Assembly (NCBI GenBank): GCA_021613535.1
Contig: CP075493.1
Span: 14,446,001-14,510,000 of the forward strand
Source of the DNA: Adineta vaga
Lineage: Eukaryota; Animalia; Rotifera
Length of the DNA: 64,000 bases
Reading direction: 5' to 3'
Shown: one piece after another, positions 52,401 to 64,000 of the stretch
Numbering within the stretch: position 1 is the first letter of the stretch
Layout: the number at the start of each line of letters is the position of its first letter
Notes under the pieces: model-generated
What the model was told of the DNA's origin: nothing
The model's input: the letters and a program-made list of their open reading frames with translations, nothing else
Databases searched by the model: none
Made by a program: the position numbers and the translations under genes

Positions 52401-54316
52401 GCATTTAGTGTAATGTGTTAAACAATTCCATTCAGACAAAGGACAATTCGATTCATCTGTGTCATTATTCGTATCTGGAGTACGTTCAAGAATACGATTA
52501 CAAAGTTGACTAAATGTCATATTAAACGGATGTCTTTCTTGACGGTGAGCATAACATTCTTCTGTATTTTGATCAAGGCAAAGAGATTCATGTGTAGAAT
52601 CTTCATCACTTCTATCATCACAATCATCCTATTAATAATAACAATAAATGATAGATTTCAAAAACATTCATTAGAATAACTATATTTTAAAAAGTTAACA
52701 TTCCTCAATTCTATATACTTACAATACCATTATATTTCGATGACTGATGAACACATTTTATTCCATTATAACATTTAAATCTATATGGAAGATTAAGATT
52801 ACATGTATTTGATTGATGTTCATCTTCTCCATCTGAACAATCGTTTTGACCATCTGATAATCGATGTTTTGAAAAACATTTACTTCCATCGTTACATTTA
52901 AACAATGTACAATTGTTCATTAGATCATTTTTAGGTAATAATGAACACGAAAGCACAAAACGTTTTAGATCTTTGATCATGTCAGAAAAACTAACATATG
53001 TTGCATTACTAAACGTTTCAAAAGCTCGACAATATAGACCATCGTAGTTCGTTGTACTTGTATTATCATTATTGAATAAATATGAACATAATGTTTTGTT
53101 AAAACAAATTGTTATAGGCATTAGATTATCATAAATAATGTGTATGTTTGAAAATAAAATTATTTTTGATAATGGCATTTGTTTGAAATAAAGACGATCT
53201 CGATGAGATTTACAATATAACTCTGATGAATTTAAATTTGGTCCATTAGAACAATCACTATCACCACATGAGAACCATGTAGAAGGACATACTGTGTCTT
53301 CACATCTTAAATCAAAAGCATCGAAACAAAAACTGCCATGTCTATATATCTCATCGGAGTAATCCATACAATCAACGTGTGAGTCCCAGTAAAACGTTTT
53401 ATCAATACATTGTCCATTAAGACAACGATATTCGGTTGATGGATCACAATCATTGATTTCAAGCGCATGGCAATGGATTTCATCGAATCCATTAGTACAA
53501 TCGATCTTTCCTACAAGAATTAGAGTATTGTGATAGAGATATTATATAGCAATACTCAAAAGAGTAAACGTAGATTTCCTCTATCGATGGTATAGGTGAA
53601 GAAGCAAACGATACATGGATCGCATTCTGAGGAAAGGCGTGTATCAATTGAGAACAAGAGAGTTGCAAAATTACTAGTAGTTCAAACCCTCTTCTTCTTA
53701 GGATAATCTAAAAGATATGAATTGATATCTTACCATCACATATTTCTCGCCAATCTAAACATAAAACAGATTGACATTCGATGCCACCTGTCTCGAAACA
53801 TACACTATTATTGATTGATAAAAGATCATCAGGAATATGTTTTTTCTCATAAAATTGAATGTCAACTATATCAGGAAAATACTTTGGCGAATTAAATGTA
53901 TATTCACAATTTGGTCCAAACCAAAACTTATCATCTTGAGAGCAATTAATAAATAATCCTACTTTAACACCTGATTCATACTCTTCAATTGTATCCATAG
54001 ATGCGTACCAATTAAAAAGTTGTTCACTTGTAATATTTATTGATCGTAGATAATCAAATGTAATAGGATTACCATAAATGACATTTTTGTTTTCTTTGGA
54101 TAAAGAATTTGATATTGATTGTCGACAAAAGCGCACAGTATGAAAACGTGCATTTGACTGAAAAAAATCGTCGTGTAATATTTTCGGAACAACATCATGT
54201 AGGCAATCAAAAGCACCAGCTGCGGTAGCACTCCGTGTTTCATACATTCGTTTAGGCAGATCATATGAATTGCACAATGCAAGAAACACAATAATTATGA
54301 TCGTGTACATCGGCAT
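49433..54316 (-). CDS. LDL-receptor class A + EGF repeat GPCR, 3 exons; local frameshift cluster
   Basis: Signal peptide; 'CLDWREICDG', 'DCSDGEDE'; EGF repeats; 7 TM with 'VAIERT'; introns 53733-53511 and 52722-52629; single-base indels at 52050-52360. Confidence 0.85.
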
Positions 54317-55335
54317 TATAGTTATCGACTAACTAAAAGAAATATGAAAAAAGAATTTAGATGAACATCTGTTTAAAATAAAAAAATATAGATATTTGCA
54401 TGCATAATGTTTAAATATATTACTTTAAAATGTAGTCTTGCTTAACAATTATGATGGTATCAGGAATTATACGTCCGGCTGAAAGATTTTCATCGAAGAA
54501 ACAAGCTGACATATGTTCTTATAGGAAACATGATCTTGGCTACTTGATTTTCATCTTTCGAGGACAAATGCTGAGTTAAATGACGTAGAAGAAAAGGTTA
54601 ATGAATGTAAAATTTTCTATGATCACAACTACTGTAACAAAATAAAATCCATATGTTTCTATAGAAGTTTAAGTTTTGTAGAAAATCGAAATGTGAGGAT
54701 GAATTGCCTAAATTTTTCCATCGTACTATAATCTAGAGAATTTGACGAAAAGATGTGTTTTCAAGACTTTTTTAAGAGTTCTCATAAACAGGTAAACTGA
54801 ATGGCTCAAGTGAGTATGCAACCGTTTAAAGTTAACATATCTATTTCAATATCAAACAATCTACATAGAAACAATTTCGTGATCTTAGTTTATCTAGAAG
54901 AGAATAATATTTTATTATATTCAGCTTTTGACTTAAGAACTTTCCATGAAAATTTTATTTTGCTTTTGATCATCACGATGAATTGACTATTTAGCTATTG
55001 TTACAAAAAAAAGAACAGCCAAACCACTGCGTTATGTAACAGTGTTACGTAGAAGCCTGTTGTTTTTTCTCGATTGATATCTTTTTTATAATTGATACTT
55101 AACTCTTATTGATTGAAAAATGAAATGTTATACTTACGCACTTTTTCTTTGAATAGCTGTTTGCAAAATAATATAATCTTTCTTCATACAAAATACAAAA
55201 GCTTAACACAAGTATAAAATATAGAAGAGAATCGTTTTTGTTTCTATTTAGAAAAAGAAGATATTCCATATTGATCATCAACAATAAACGGGTATACGTA
55301 ACTCATCTAACTTTATTATAAATACAGAGAATATA

Positions 55336-56303
55336 ATGTTAAAAATTATAATTACTCTATTCATTGGTTTGCTCAATCTCCCACAAGCAAGTAAGAAAAT
55401 TTCTTTCGCAACAATAACACATAGAATTATCTGTTAAGCACCATGTGTATCTCTCTATGGTCAATGTGGAGGAAAGGAATGGACAGGTTCAACGCAATGT
55501 TGTAGTGGTTCACAATGTACCGTTGGTAATGATTATTATTCACAATGTTTACCAGCTACTGGATCATCAACTTCAAGTGGTAGTAGTACTACTAGTAAAA
55601 CAACACAATCACCATCGGTGAGCAATGGACGTCAAAATGGTGTTACAACTCGTTATTGGGATTGTTGTAAAGCAAGTTGTGGTTGGTCCGGCAAAGCATC
55701 AGTTACAAATCCAGTAAAAACTTGTGCACGTGATGGTATTACTGCTGTTGATATCAATGCTCAATCTGGTTGTAATGGAGGTGGTGCATATATGTGTAAC
55801 AATCAACAGCCATGGAATGTTAGTTCTTCTCTTTCTTATGGTTATGCAGCTGCTTATATAACTGTATGTTAATCATTTTCTTTCAAATGAATATCTTTAT
55901 ATGATACTAATATTTAATTAAGAATCAACGAGAATCAGATTGGTGTTGTGCATGTTATTCATTAATATTCACATCAGGTCCTGTTGTTGGCAAAGAATTA
56001 ATTGTTCAAGTAACAAATACAGGTGGTGATTTAGGTAAAAATCATTTTGATCTTCAAATGCCTGGTGGTGGTGTAGGTATTTTTGATGGATGTTCAAGCC
56101 AGTTTGTTGGTTCATTCTCATGGGGTGATCGTTATGGTGGTGTTAGAGCACGATCAGATTGTAATAAACTTCCACCAAGTATTCAAGCAGGTTGTTTTTG
56201 GCGATTTGATTGGTTTCAAAATGCAGATAATCCATCGATGACTTTCAAACAAGTCACATGTCCAGCTGCTCTTACTGCAAACACACAATGTGTTCGAAAA
56301 TAA
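55336..56303 (+). CDS. GH45 endoglucanase with N-terminal CBM1, 3 exons (55336-55390, 55439-55863, 55923-56303)
   Basis: Signal peptide; CBM1 '[15 protein letters not shown]...NDYYSQC'; Ser/Thr linker; GH45 '[12 protein letters not shown]', '[17 protein letters not shown]', '[15 protein letters not shown]'. Confidence 0.93.
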
Positions 56304-57329
56304 GTCGAAAAAGGAAATGAAAATAAAATAATAATAATGTGTACTTCATTGAAGGATTCTTTTTGATTTGAATATGAGATAAAACAATATCCACTTGATC
56401 AATTATAAATATACTTCTGAAACAATGGAATTTCTCAACATGATCAAATATTTTTTATTCTAAGGTGATTCATATATATGTAAATGTAAATAAGAAAAAT
56501 CCCTAAAAGAAATTTTTTTTTTCTTTCATTCTGCCAACTATGTCTGCCTTTGTTGAAAAGTCAATCAGAGTAGAAAAATACCGATGTATACATGACATTT
56601 ATAATAATGAAGTAAAAGGAACATCCATTTCTATTTCTATTTCTTTTGAAAAAGCTTGACATTAAAATTTTTATCTATAAAAGTAAAAGTAAAAGTCTAA
56701 ATTCTTATTTTATCTCTCGGTATAGAATTCCTCATTGCATTTGCTATATTTCGTCGACAAAAGCTTCAATAAAAACAGAATTTCTGGAAAATGCCATTGC
56801 ATAGAGTAATAAAACTAGTCAAATCGTTGAAATCAAAATTTATGCAATATCACGTACATCTTGCAAAATAAAACTTGAGACCCCTATCTTGTCAAACATT
56901 TTCTTCTTTCTTCGTGTGTTTATTTTGCATTTACGTCATTTCAGTATACTTGATAATATTTCTTGGTTATCAAACCTTTTCGTAAACATCATATGTTTTC
57001 TATAACAGATATTTCAAACAGCTCTTTCTAGTCAAGTAAAAACAAATATGCAATATAACTATTTATCTTAAGAATCATATGATTTTCATATCTTCATCGT
57101 ATGGTATAAAAACGTGTAAAATTGTATCTCAACGAACAGATCATCAAGTAGAATTTTCATATAAAACTCATATAACTGTAAGTAAATTCTATAGATGTGA
57201 ATCAAATATTTTGATGATTCATTTACAGACACGAAATTTCTTATTTTTCACATTAACATTGATTTATGTTACAAAAGTTAGAGAAAACTCACTCCGAATT
57301 AAAATATTCGAGAGTGAATAACGAGCAAC

Positions 57330-58594
57330 ATGAAAATCAGTTCGAAGCAACAAAACAAATCTTATCCAAGTAGTTTAATCATTGTAAAAATATAATCTGA
57401 TACTTACGTTTCTCTATAGGTCATGGTGTTCCCCTTCGTTTCTTTTCACAAAATCGAAACTTTTTTATACAATTTTGTTTGTATTTGTTATTATTTCTGG
57501 TGTCATGATCGTAGGTATCGTTGGATACAAAACAAACAATACGAATGATAATGAAAGCAAGCGATATTCTATTATTTTGAATAGAAAAATATCCAGTTGT
57601 TTCTTGTAGAAATACCAGTGGATGATGCTGTTGAGAAAAATGATCAACATCCTCAACTACGAAGAGGTTCATCATATGTAAATGTTGTTTATTCATTCGA
57701 TGATCAATACTTTTATTCTCTCTTTTGTTTCCAATACAGAATAAAGCTTATGAACCTGAAAAACTTGGTCATATGAATGTTTATTTTCGTAAATCAAAAG
57801 AACGTGGTGATCGACAAGACCTTGAACGATATCGTTTTCCAGTAGCACGATATGATCGCGATCGATTTCGTATGTAGTTCTCAATCGATTTCTAACACTT
57901 CCTCATACAAAATCTTATCTTTTCTTTTCTATATTAAAGCTATCAGAGGTCCATTCTTAAGTTTTATGCCACAAGTCCCATTATTTGTGGATCGAGTAAC
58001 ACAACAAACAATTGCCATTGCAGCAACAGGAGGTATAACAAATAATTCTATTTATCAAACATATCGATTGTAAATTCATCTTCGAATAATTCTTCTAGTT
58101 TACATTCTACCACCATTGATCAATTTTTTTGGTAGAAGATTCTCAGTTGCAGAATTGATTGTTTCAGGTTATGCTAGTCTAGTTAGTAGTGGTATTCCAC
58201 CGTCTGGTCCTATCAATATGATGTCTTATTTTCAACCAGTACCATGTTTGTCGATTTTTTCTTACTTTCCTATAGAATTCATTATCTTTCTTCTTTCTTT
58301 ACTATAGTATATGGTGCGGGAATACCAAGAATTGATCCGGTAGGTGGTGGGTTCATCGGTGGTATTCGAACTAAATATAAATCTTTTCATATACGATCAA
58401 AACCAAGGAAATATGTTAATATCGATTCTGCATATGAAACAGAAGAAGGAGATAATGATGATGATGATGAAACTTATGATAAAGGATCGTCATATTCAGA
58501 GCAAGACTATAGAAAACGACCACTACAACATTATCGTCGTCCTGATACATATCGAAAACGCACAAAAAGTATATATAAAGGTCCTAATCAGTAG
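57330..58594 (+). CDS. Uncharacterised multi-exon gene
   Basis: Short open exons bounded by GT/AG about 50-60 bp apart (e.g. 'NKAYEPEKLGHMNVYFRKSKERGDRQD', 'IRGPFLSFMPQVPLFVDR'); 5' structure uncertain. Confidence 0.55.
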
Positions 58595-58779
58595 GATAAC
58601 TCGTTAATAATTTATCGATACATACTCAGACATTTGTTAGGAAAGTTAACTTTTTTTTGCGAATCATAAATCATTATTTGAGCACCATATCTCAGTTAGA
58701 TCTAATAACAATCAAAATCCCTCTTAAATCTTTTATTCATGATTTGTTCACATGACTAATTCTAGGTACAACACGTACT

Positions 58780-60303
58780 ATGAAGACCACGACTCCTGCA
58801 ATTCCAGTAGCTGATATTGAATGGGGAGAATGTGCACATCCTGCTCTTCTCGGAACACCAGCTGAATGTGGTTTTCTATCAGTTCCACTCGATTATAATC
58901 ATCCAAAAGAAAAAAAGATTAAGATAGCATTATCACGTATTAAACATACAGTGACCGACGATAAGTTTCAAGGTATTATGTTGATCAATCCAGGAGGTCC
59001 TGGTCAATCCGGTCTACCTTTGGCTCTCTTAGCACTAGGTTTACCTAGCGAAGTCAGTGAAACATATGATTTCATTGGATTTGATCCACGTGGTGTTGGT
59101 CGTAGTGAACCAGCTATCTCCTGCTCGTCTTCTCCTCCCTCTTCTTCAAGTGAACCCGCACCAGAGCCTGTTCCATCGACTCAAATCTTAGAAGATATCT
59201 GGCTAAATGCTTCAAAAACGTATGCTATGATTTGTGCCAAAAATAATAAAGAATTTTTATCACATATGACAACAGTTGATATAGCAAAAGATATGGAAAG
59301 TATTCGTCTAGCTCTACGACAAAACAAAATAAATTATTATGGATTTTCTGCTGGTACCTATTTAGGTCAAATTTATGCCACATTATATCCAACTCGTGTA
59401 AGACGTATGGTTCTAGATTCAAATTTAGATCCAGACAAGATATGGTATTCAGCAAGTCTTGACTCGCCCATAGGTATAGATCGTAATATAGAGATCTGGT
59501 TTCAATGGTTAGCAAAATATCATAAGTTCTATCGGCTTGGTGATACTAAAAGTGAAGTGAGAGAGCGATGGTATAATGTGCGAGATCAATTAAAAAAGAA
59601 CCCGATCAATGGCATAATCGGTCCATTAGAATGGACTGCACTGTTTTATGGAGTGGCGTATACGCAAGAAACTTGGTTGTCATTTGGAGCAGCATTTAGT
59701 GAATTGGTAAACAAGAAGGACGATACTCTAATTCTCCAAGAGTTGCAAAATTTGATCAATGGACAGCAAGGTGACTCTGGTGATGCTTTCCTTTTCATAG
59801 TATGTACCGATGCACCATGGCCACGAGACTGGGAGAAGAGTCGAATAGAATATTGGCGTATTTTCTCGAAGGCTCCTATTGTTACTTGGAATTCTGCTTG
59901 GCAGTTTTCACCTTGCCAGTTTTGGTCCCAAAAAGGACATAAACCGTTAGATGTGAATGGTGAAAAAATTGGTGATATGCTTCTGGTTACTCAAACTCTA
60001 GATCCTGTCGTGTCATTAGATTATAATTTAAGAGTTCGTGAACTTTTTCCTCGTTCTCGACTTATTGCTGTTGAAAATGGAACTACACATTCTAGTAGTC
60101 TGCGAGGAAATCCATGTGTTGACAATCCAATCATCGCATATTTGCAATCAGGTCAAGTTCCGCCACGAGAAGCTGACAACATTGCTGATGTTAAATGTTC
60201 ACCGTTGCCAGAGCCAAGTCCAACTCCTTTGATGGCACCGAAGAAAAAACTAAAGTTTCGCGATTATCTTTGCAAGCAACCTCATTATCGTCGAAGTCGA
60301 TGA
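58780..60303 (+). CDS. TAP-like alpha/beta-hydrolase peptidase (actinobacterial type), intronless CDS
   Basis: 'ECGFLSVPLDY', 'NPGGPG', 'GFDPRGVGRSEP', nucleophile 'GFSAGT', 'RMVLDS', 'DP', 'H', 'NPCVD'. Confidence 0.9.
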   Translation: MKTTTPAIPVADIEWGECAHPALLGTPAECGFLSVPLDYNHPKEKKIKIALSRIKHTVTDDKFQGIMLINPGGPGQSGLPLALLALGLPSEVSETYDFIGFDPRGVGRSEPAISCSSSPPSSSSEPAPEPVPSTQILEDIWLNASKTYAMICAKNNKEFLSHMTTVDIAKDMESIRLALRQNKINYYGFSAGTYLGQIYATLYPTRVRRMVLDSNLDPDKIWYSASLDSPIGIDRNIEIWFQWLAKYHKFYRLGDTKSEVRERWYNVRDQLKKNPINGIIGPLEWTALFYGVAYTQETWLSFGAAFSELVNKKDDTLILQELQNLINGQQGDSGDAFLFIVCTDAPWPRDWEKSRIEYWRIFSKAPIVTWNSAWQFSPCQFWSQKGHKPLDVNGEKIGDMLLVTQTLDPVVSLDYNLRVRELFPRSRLIAVENGTTHSSSLRGNPCVDNPIIAYLQSGQVPPREADNIADVKCSPLPEPSPTPLMAPKKKLKFRDYLCKQPHYRRSR

Positions 60304-60471
60304 TACTATTCAGACTCATTTTAATCGTACATGAATTCTATCCCATTATAAGTGTAGAGAACACAAAACTGTCATCATTGTTTAAAATTTTCAATGTGAT
60401 ACTCATTTCTTCATAAATAAACATGATATGCAATGATACATTCATTTTAGGTAACTTACTGAAATGCAAAT

Positions 60472-60834
60472 ACAGTCAAGAATGTCCTTTAGATTTTGTC
60501 ACCCTGAAAACCCATGAGATAAAGTTTCCTTTGCTGTGTATTCATGATATTCAATAAACGTTCGTCAATATGTTCATGATGTCGTGAATAACAAAATCAC
60601 GGTGAGCAACTAACGTTTTATCTGTGCCCTTCTAAAGTACGGACGAAATAAGCACATGAAAATCAAAAATAAGGTCGATATATGGTGGGGATGTCTGTAT
60701 AGTCTGCGCTGTTATTGCATTGCTTTTTTCACTCTCAACTTTTCGACGAGGATTTTCAAAAGAACATTTTCAGAGGACATTCAATAAAAGTCAACAAATT
60801 TGAGGATCTTTTGTCCGAGGAAATTCTTGACTGT
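60472..60834. mobile_element. Degenerate MITE
   Basis: 17-bp inverted repeat ACAGTCAAGAATGTCCT / AGGAAATTCTTGACTGT with 1 mismatch; internal GAGGA.(T)n repeats. Confidence 0.6.
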
Positions 60835-62032
60835 TATCTTCACCCACGAGTTGATGAGGATTTTAAAATTGCGACAAATTAAAATGTATATTTATATGTT
60901 TCTGTAAAATTCAAGTCGTACATTGATCATAGAACCAATCCATATACCCAACTTAAACAGACAATTATATAGAGATTTGCGAGTATAAATATATACTCGT
61001 ATGAAAGTTTGTCATAGGACTGTTCTATACTGATAATGTGCGTGGAGAATAGCTTTTTTGTAAGTAAATTTACTTTAAAAAATGATTTTGTCAGAGAATT
61101 ACATTCTCCATCATATGTCATCCACCATCCATACTCGACTGCATTTGTATCTTTCCTTCATGTTATACAGCGATAAGGAGAAATCAGAATACGGTCGAGT
61201 GTAGAAAAAAAAGGTTTTTCTCGTTCTGTATTTATGACTAAAGATATTGTAATTACAGCATAAATTCACGAAATCCAATATTACAGCGTCGACGATAGAT
61301 ACGATTATCGCATCGAAAAACATTTGTGAGCATTTTCTTTAATGGTTACTTATTCTATAAAACAGTTTTACTTTACCGACAGAAAAGTGGCATTCATTTC
61401 TTTGCAATACTTAATCGTATTCATATGTTTTCTACTCCAAGTCCGCTGTTTTTCTCTTAGTTTTTATGTTTTCCGTGATGTTTGCACAAAACTGACGTAG
61501 AAAGAGATGACTCGTACTTACTGAGAGTTCAGTATAGTTAGTGAGATGTTAACACCATTAGTTTCGTCGTTGCATTGCACATAAGAACAGCTCAATGATT
61601 CGGTCTTTCATGGCAAAATGATGCAGCATTAATTTAGGCCATGTGAGTGTCTTAGACGTCCCTCATCTACTATGCAACATTCGCTTTTTTTCACGTTAAT
61701 ATTAGCGAGTTTGAAGATTTTTCTCATCAATGAGATGAATGGTTGTATATAATAGTTTGTGTGAGAAAGTGGAATAATCCACATTTTTTAACAATGTGTC
61801 ATGGGTTTTTTCTTTCTTGTTATAGTTATATCCAAACATATAGACGTATATATAGCTGTCGTATATGTATTTGATAGATATATATTCTATATCTATGTAT
61901 TCTGTTCTATCTGCTGTTTCTTTTCTTTGTCTCTGTCTATTCTTCAATAAAGATTGTATTATATCGAACCTCAATACGTAGCAGTTTATATACTTTTAGA
62001 TAATTCAAATAAGTATTTGGAACGAAATTATT

Positions 62033-62434
62033 ATGGGTAACACAAAAAGCACAATAACTGGAGAATTTGAAGTTTACGTCTTGTATAAGACTCTTGGCAC
62101 AGATTCATACACGGGTTTGGGTGATCGTCGTATTTCACATCATATATGTTTGTTGAAATCAACAAAAACTGGTAAATATTATTATTCAGAATTGGAAACA
62201 GATGATCCTATTAAGCAAGGTACCATCAAAATAAAATTTGGTGAATATTCATTCTTTCCAGGTCCTATTAATTATGACACTATAGGCTATACAGATAGAA
62301 CGATAGATGAAATGAAGGAATTTGTTGAGAACAACAACTATGAGGGAGCAATTTATAATTTATTCCTCAATAATTGTCAGCATTACGTACGAGCTTTTAT
62401 TCATTTCTTAAATATAAAGGGTTCTTTTGGCTGA
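62033..62434 (+). CDS. Permuted NlpC/P60 (PPPDE/DeSI or LRAT-like) protein
   Basis: 'SHHICLL' His motif and 'YNLFLNNCQHY' Cys motif; N-terminus MGNTKS. Confidence 0.75.
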   Translation: MGNTKSTITGEFEVYVLYKTLGTDSYTGLGDRRISHHICLLKSTKTGKYYYSELETDDPIKQGTIKIKFGEYSFFPGPINYDTIGYTDRTIDEMKEFVENNNYEGAIYNLFLNNCQHYVRAFIHFLNIKGSFG

Positions 62435-63611
62435 TCTGAATTTACTCAATTTGCTGAAAATCCATCCAAAATTCATGTACACCATGCCTGTAGAGAGCTT
62501 CTATGAAAACTAGCTGTTAAAAATTTTTATTCGTTCTTTGAAACTATTACAAATAAATTGATAGTTCAATTGAATATACTTCTGTGCGCGATCATATGGT
62601 TCATGAATATGTTATTAACGACTGTATACGGACCATCTCATGGGTGCCTATTTCTATGTCATGTTACTCTTTTTTTTGCCTCTTTTTTACTTTCATCACA
62701 GATAGCATCCTAATAATGATTTCCGTATAAGTTTGTCTACAGTTAACTCACCCTTTTGTCATCTTTCGGTAGTCGTAACTCAAGAACACATAGCTACTAT
62801 AGTGCTGAAATTTATCATTTCATGAGATAATTAGATGCCCTACGTTAGCTAGAAATTTCACTTTATTAGGCTGCCCTATTACAATTCTGTAGCCTCAGAA
62901 AATCCCGGTAACGGACTCACCATGATTTGTTAAATTCTTTCAGTTTCAAAGTTTATGCATACATTCTTTGGGAGCAACCTCTGAACAACTTCGACCATAG
63001 GTTCACAAACTTACACATTCACCCCAGTTATCACATACAGAACTATCGGACGTGGACATTTAAAAAATTATGTTATCATAGAACAATTAAAGAACAATGT
63101 GTTTATTCTCTTTTTTTCTAATGAAAAAGTTCATGAGAGTGTTACTGATCACAATATCAAGCAAAATAAGTGACATAAAGAATCATTCTCTGATTTATAC
63201 ATTTACGTGAAAGCAATAAGTTTACCTAGGATGTATCAACTAGATTCTTAGTATGAAATAAATGTTTTAGAAGTTCTAAAACATCGCTTGTAAAACATGT
63301 GAGTATTTTCACTTTAGGAATATGCCTGTGTCAATATCTAAGAAAGACATGTATAAAACGCTATCATATAAAGCAATTATTTTATTGAAATTTTCAACAA
63401 AATAATCAAGGCAAATCAATCGTAAGAAAATATGACTATTGAATCAAGAAAAAAAAAGAAAAGAAAGATAGTACGCATTGATGCGAAAAGAAAAACATAA
63501 CCTTATGATCATTGACATGTTTTTATCAAAATAAGAAAAGTACATACTTTTCGAATGATAATATTATCAAGTATATAAAAACGATTTTATATTATTATAT
63601 TTTTAATATAA

Positions 63612-64000
63612 ATGGCTAGCAACAATAATATTCAAGCATTCAAAGGCAGTTGGGATTATGTAAGTTTTTGTATGAAAAAAGTTCTGAAAAAATTAAATTT
63701 CTTTCTTTTAATTGAAACTCAGATAGATGGAGATAATTTGGACGAAATTTTAAAAGCAATCGGCCTGAACAAAGTTATACGTACACTTGCAAAGACTGTT
63801 AAACCTCGTCTTGTTATAGAAGAAAAAAATGGAAAATGGACATTTAAAAATGAATCAAAAATCAAAACTTCATCATTTGAATTTACACCTGATGTTGAAT
63901 TTGAAGACTCATTACCAAATGGAGACAAAATGACGGTTAATATTATTTATTTAAGAATTTGAAAAACAAAGAAAATTTTCTATTCCTTTTAAAGGCAACT
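63612..64000 (+). CDS. Fatty-acid-binding protein (FABP), truncated by the window end
   Basis: 'FKGSWDY|IDGDNLDEILKAIG...KPRL...FTPDVEFED'; introns 63660-63722 and 63936-63994. Confidence 0.88.

Noticed and set aside
58780-60303. Bacterial contamination as the source of the bacterial-type genes
   Set aside because: Codon usage is AT-rich like the host, neighbours are intron-containing, and PARG, ACH1 and GH45 carry spliceosomal introns.
61840-61945. TATC/TCTG-rich tract and its 90-aa ORF
   Set aside because: Low-complexity sequence.

Overview
This is AT-rich eukaryotic DNA with short (about 50-65 bp) GT-AG introns. The gene mix suggests a bdelloid rotifer (Adineta/Rotaria-like), probably a subtelomere-like region; this is an inference from F-box/LRR genes, orphan rhodopsin-type GPCRs, an LDLa-EGF-GPCR, PPR-DYW and many bacterial/fungal-type enzymes. 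Bases 1-15 kb are a transposon graveyard: a hAT transposase pseudogene with a nested pogo-type MITE, a piggyBac MITE, a 5'-truncated Helentron-type rolling-circle element, LINE and Tc1 remnants, and short TGTGGG/TGAGGG telomere-like tracts at several junctions. Bases 15-64 kb are a dense mosaic of intact genes and decayed genes. Intact genes include a Nudix hydrolase, a ubiquitin-like/lipase/multi-TM fusion, a GFRP-like protein, GPCRs, an ApoL/pore-former-like protein, a Vps62/NLP-like secreted proprotein, a bacterial-type PARG, an acetyl-CoA hydrolase/CoA-transferase, a G-patch protein, a CBM1-GH45 cellulase, a TAP-like peptidase, a PPPDE/LRAT-like protein and FABP. Decayed genes include PPR-DYW, three F-box genes, a PAN-D8C gene and a partial ACH1 duplicate. 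The best leads are the Ubl-lipase-TM fusion, an operon-like G-patch to ACH1 junction, and the interstitial telomere-like repeats. All family calls come from motifs recognised by eye; no searches were run.
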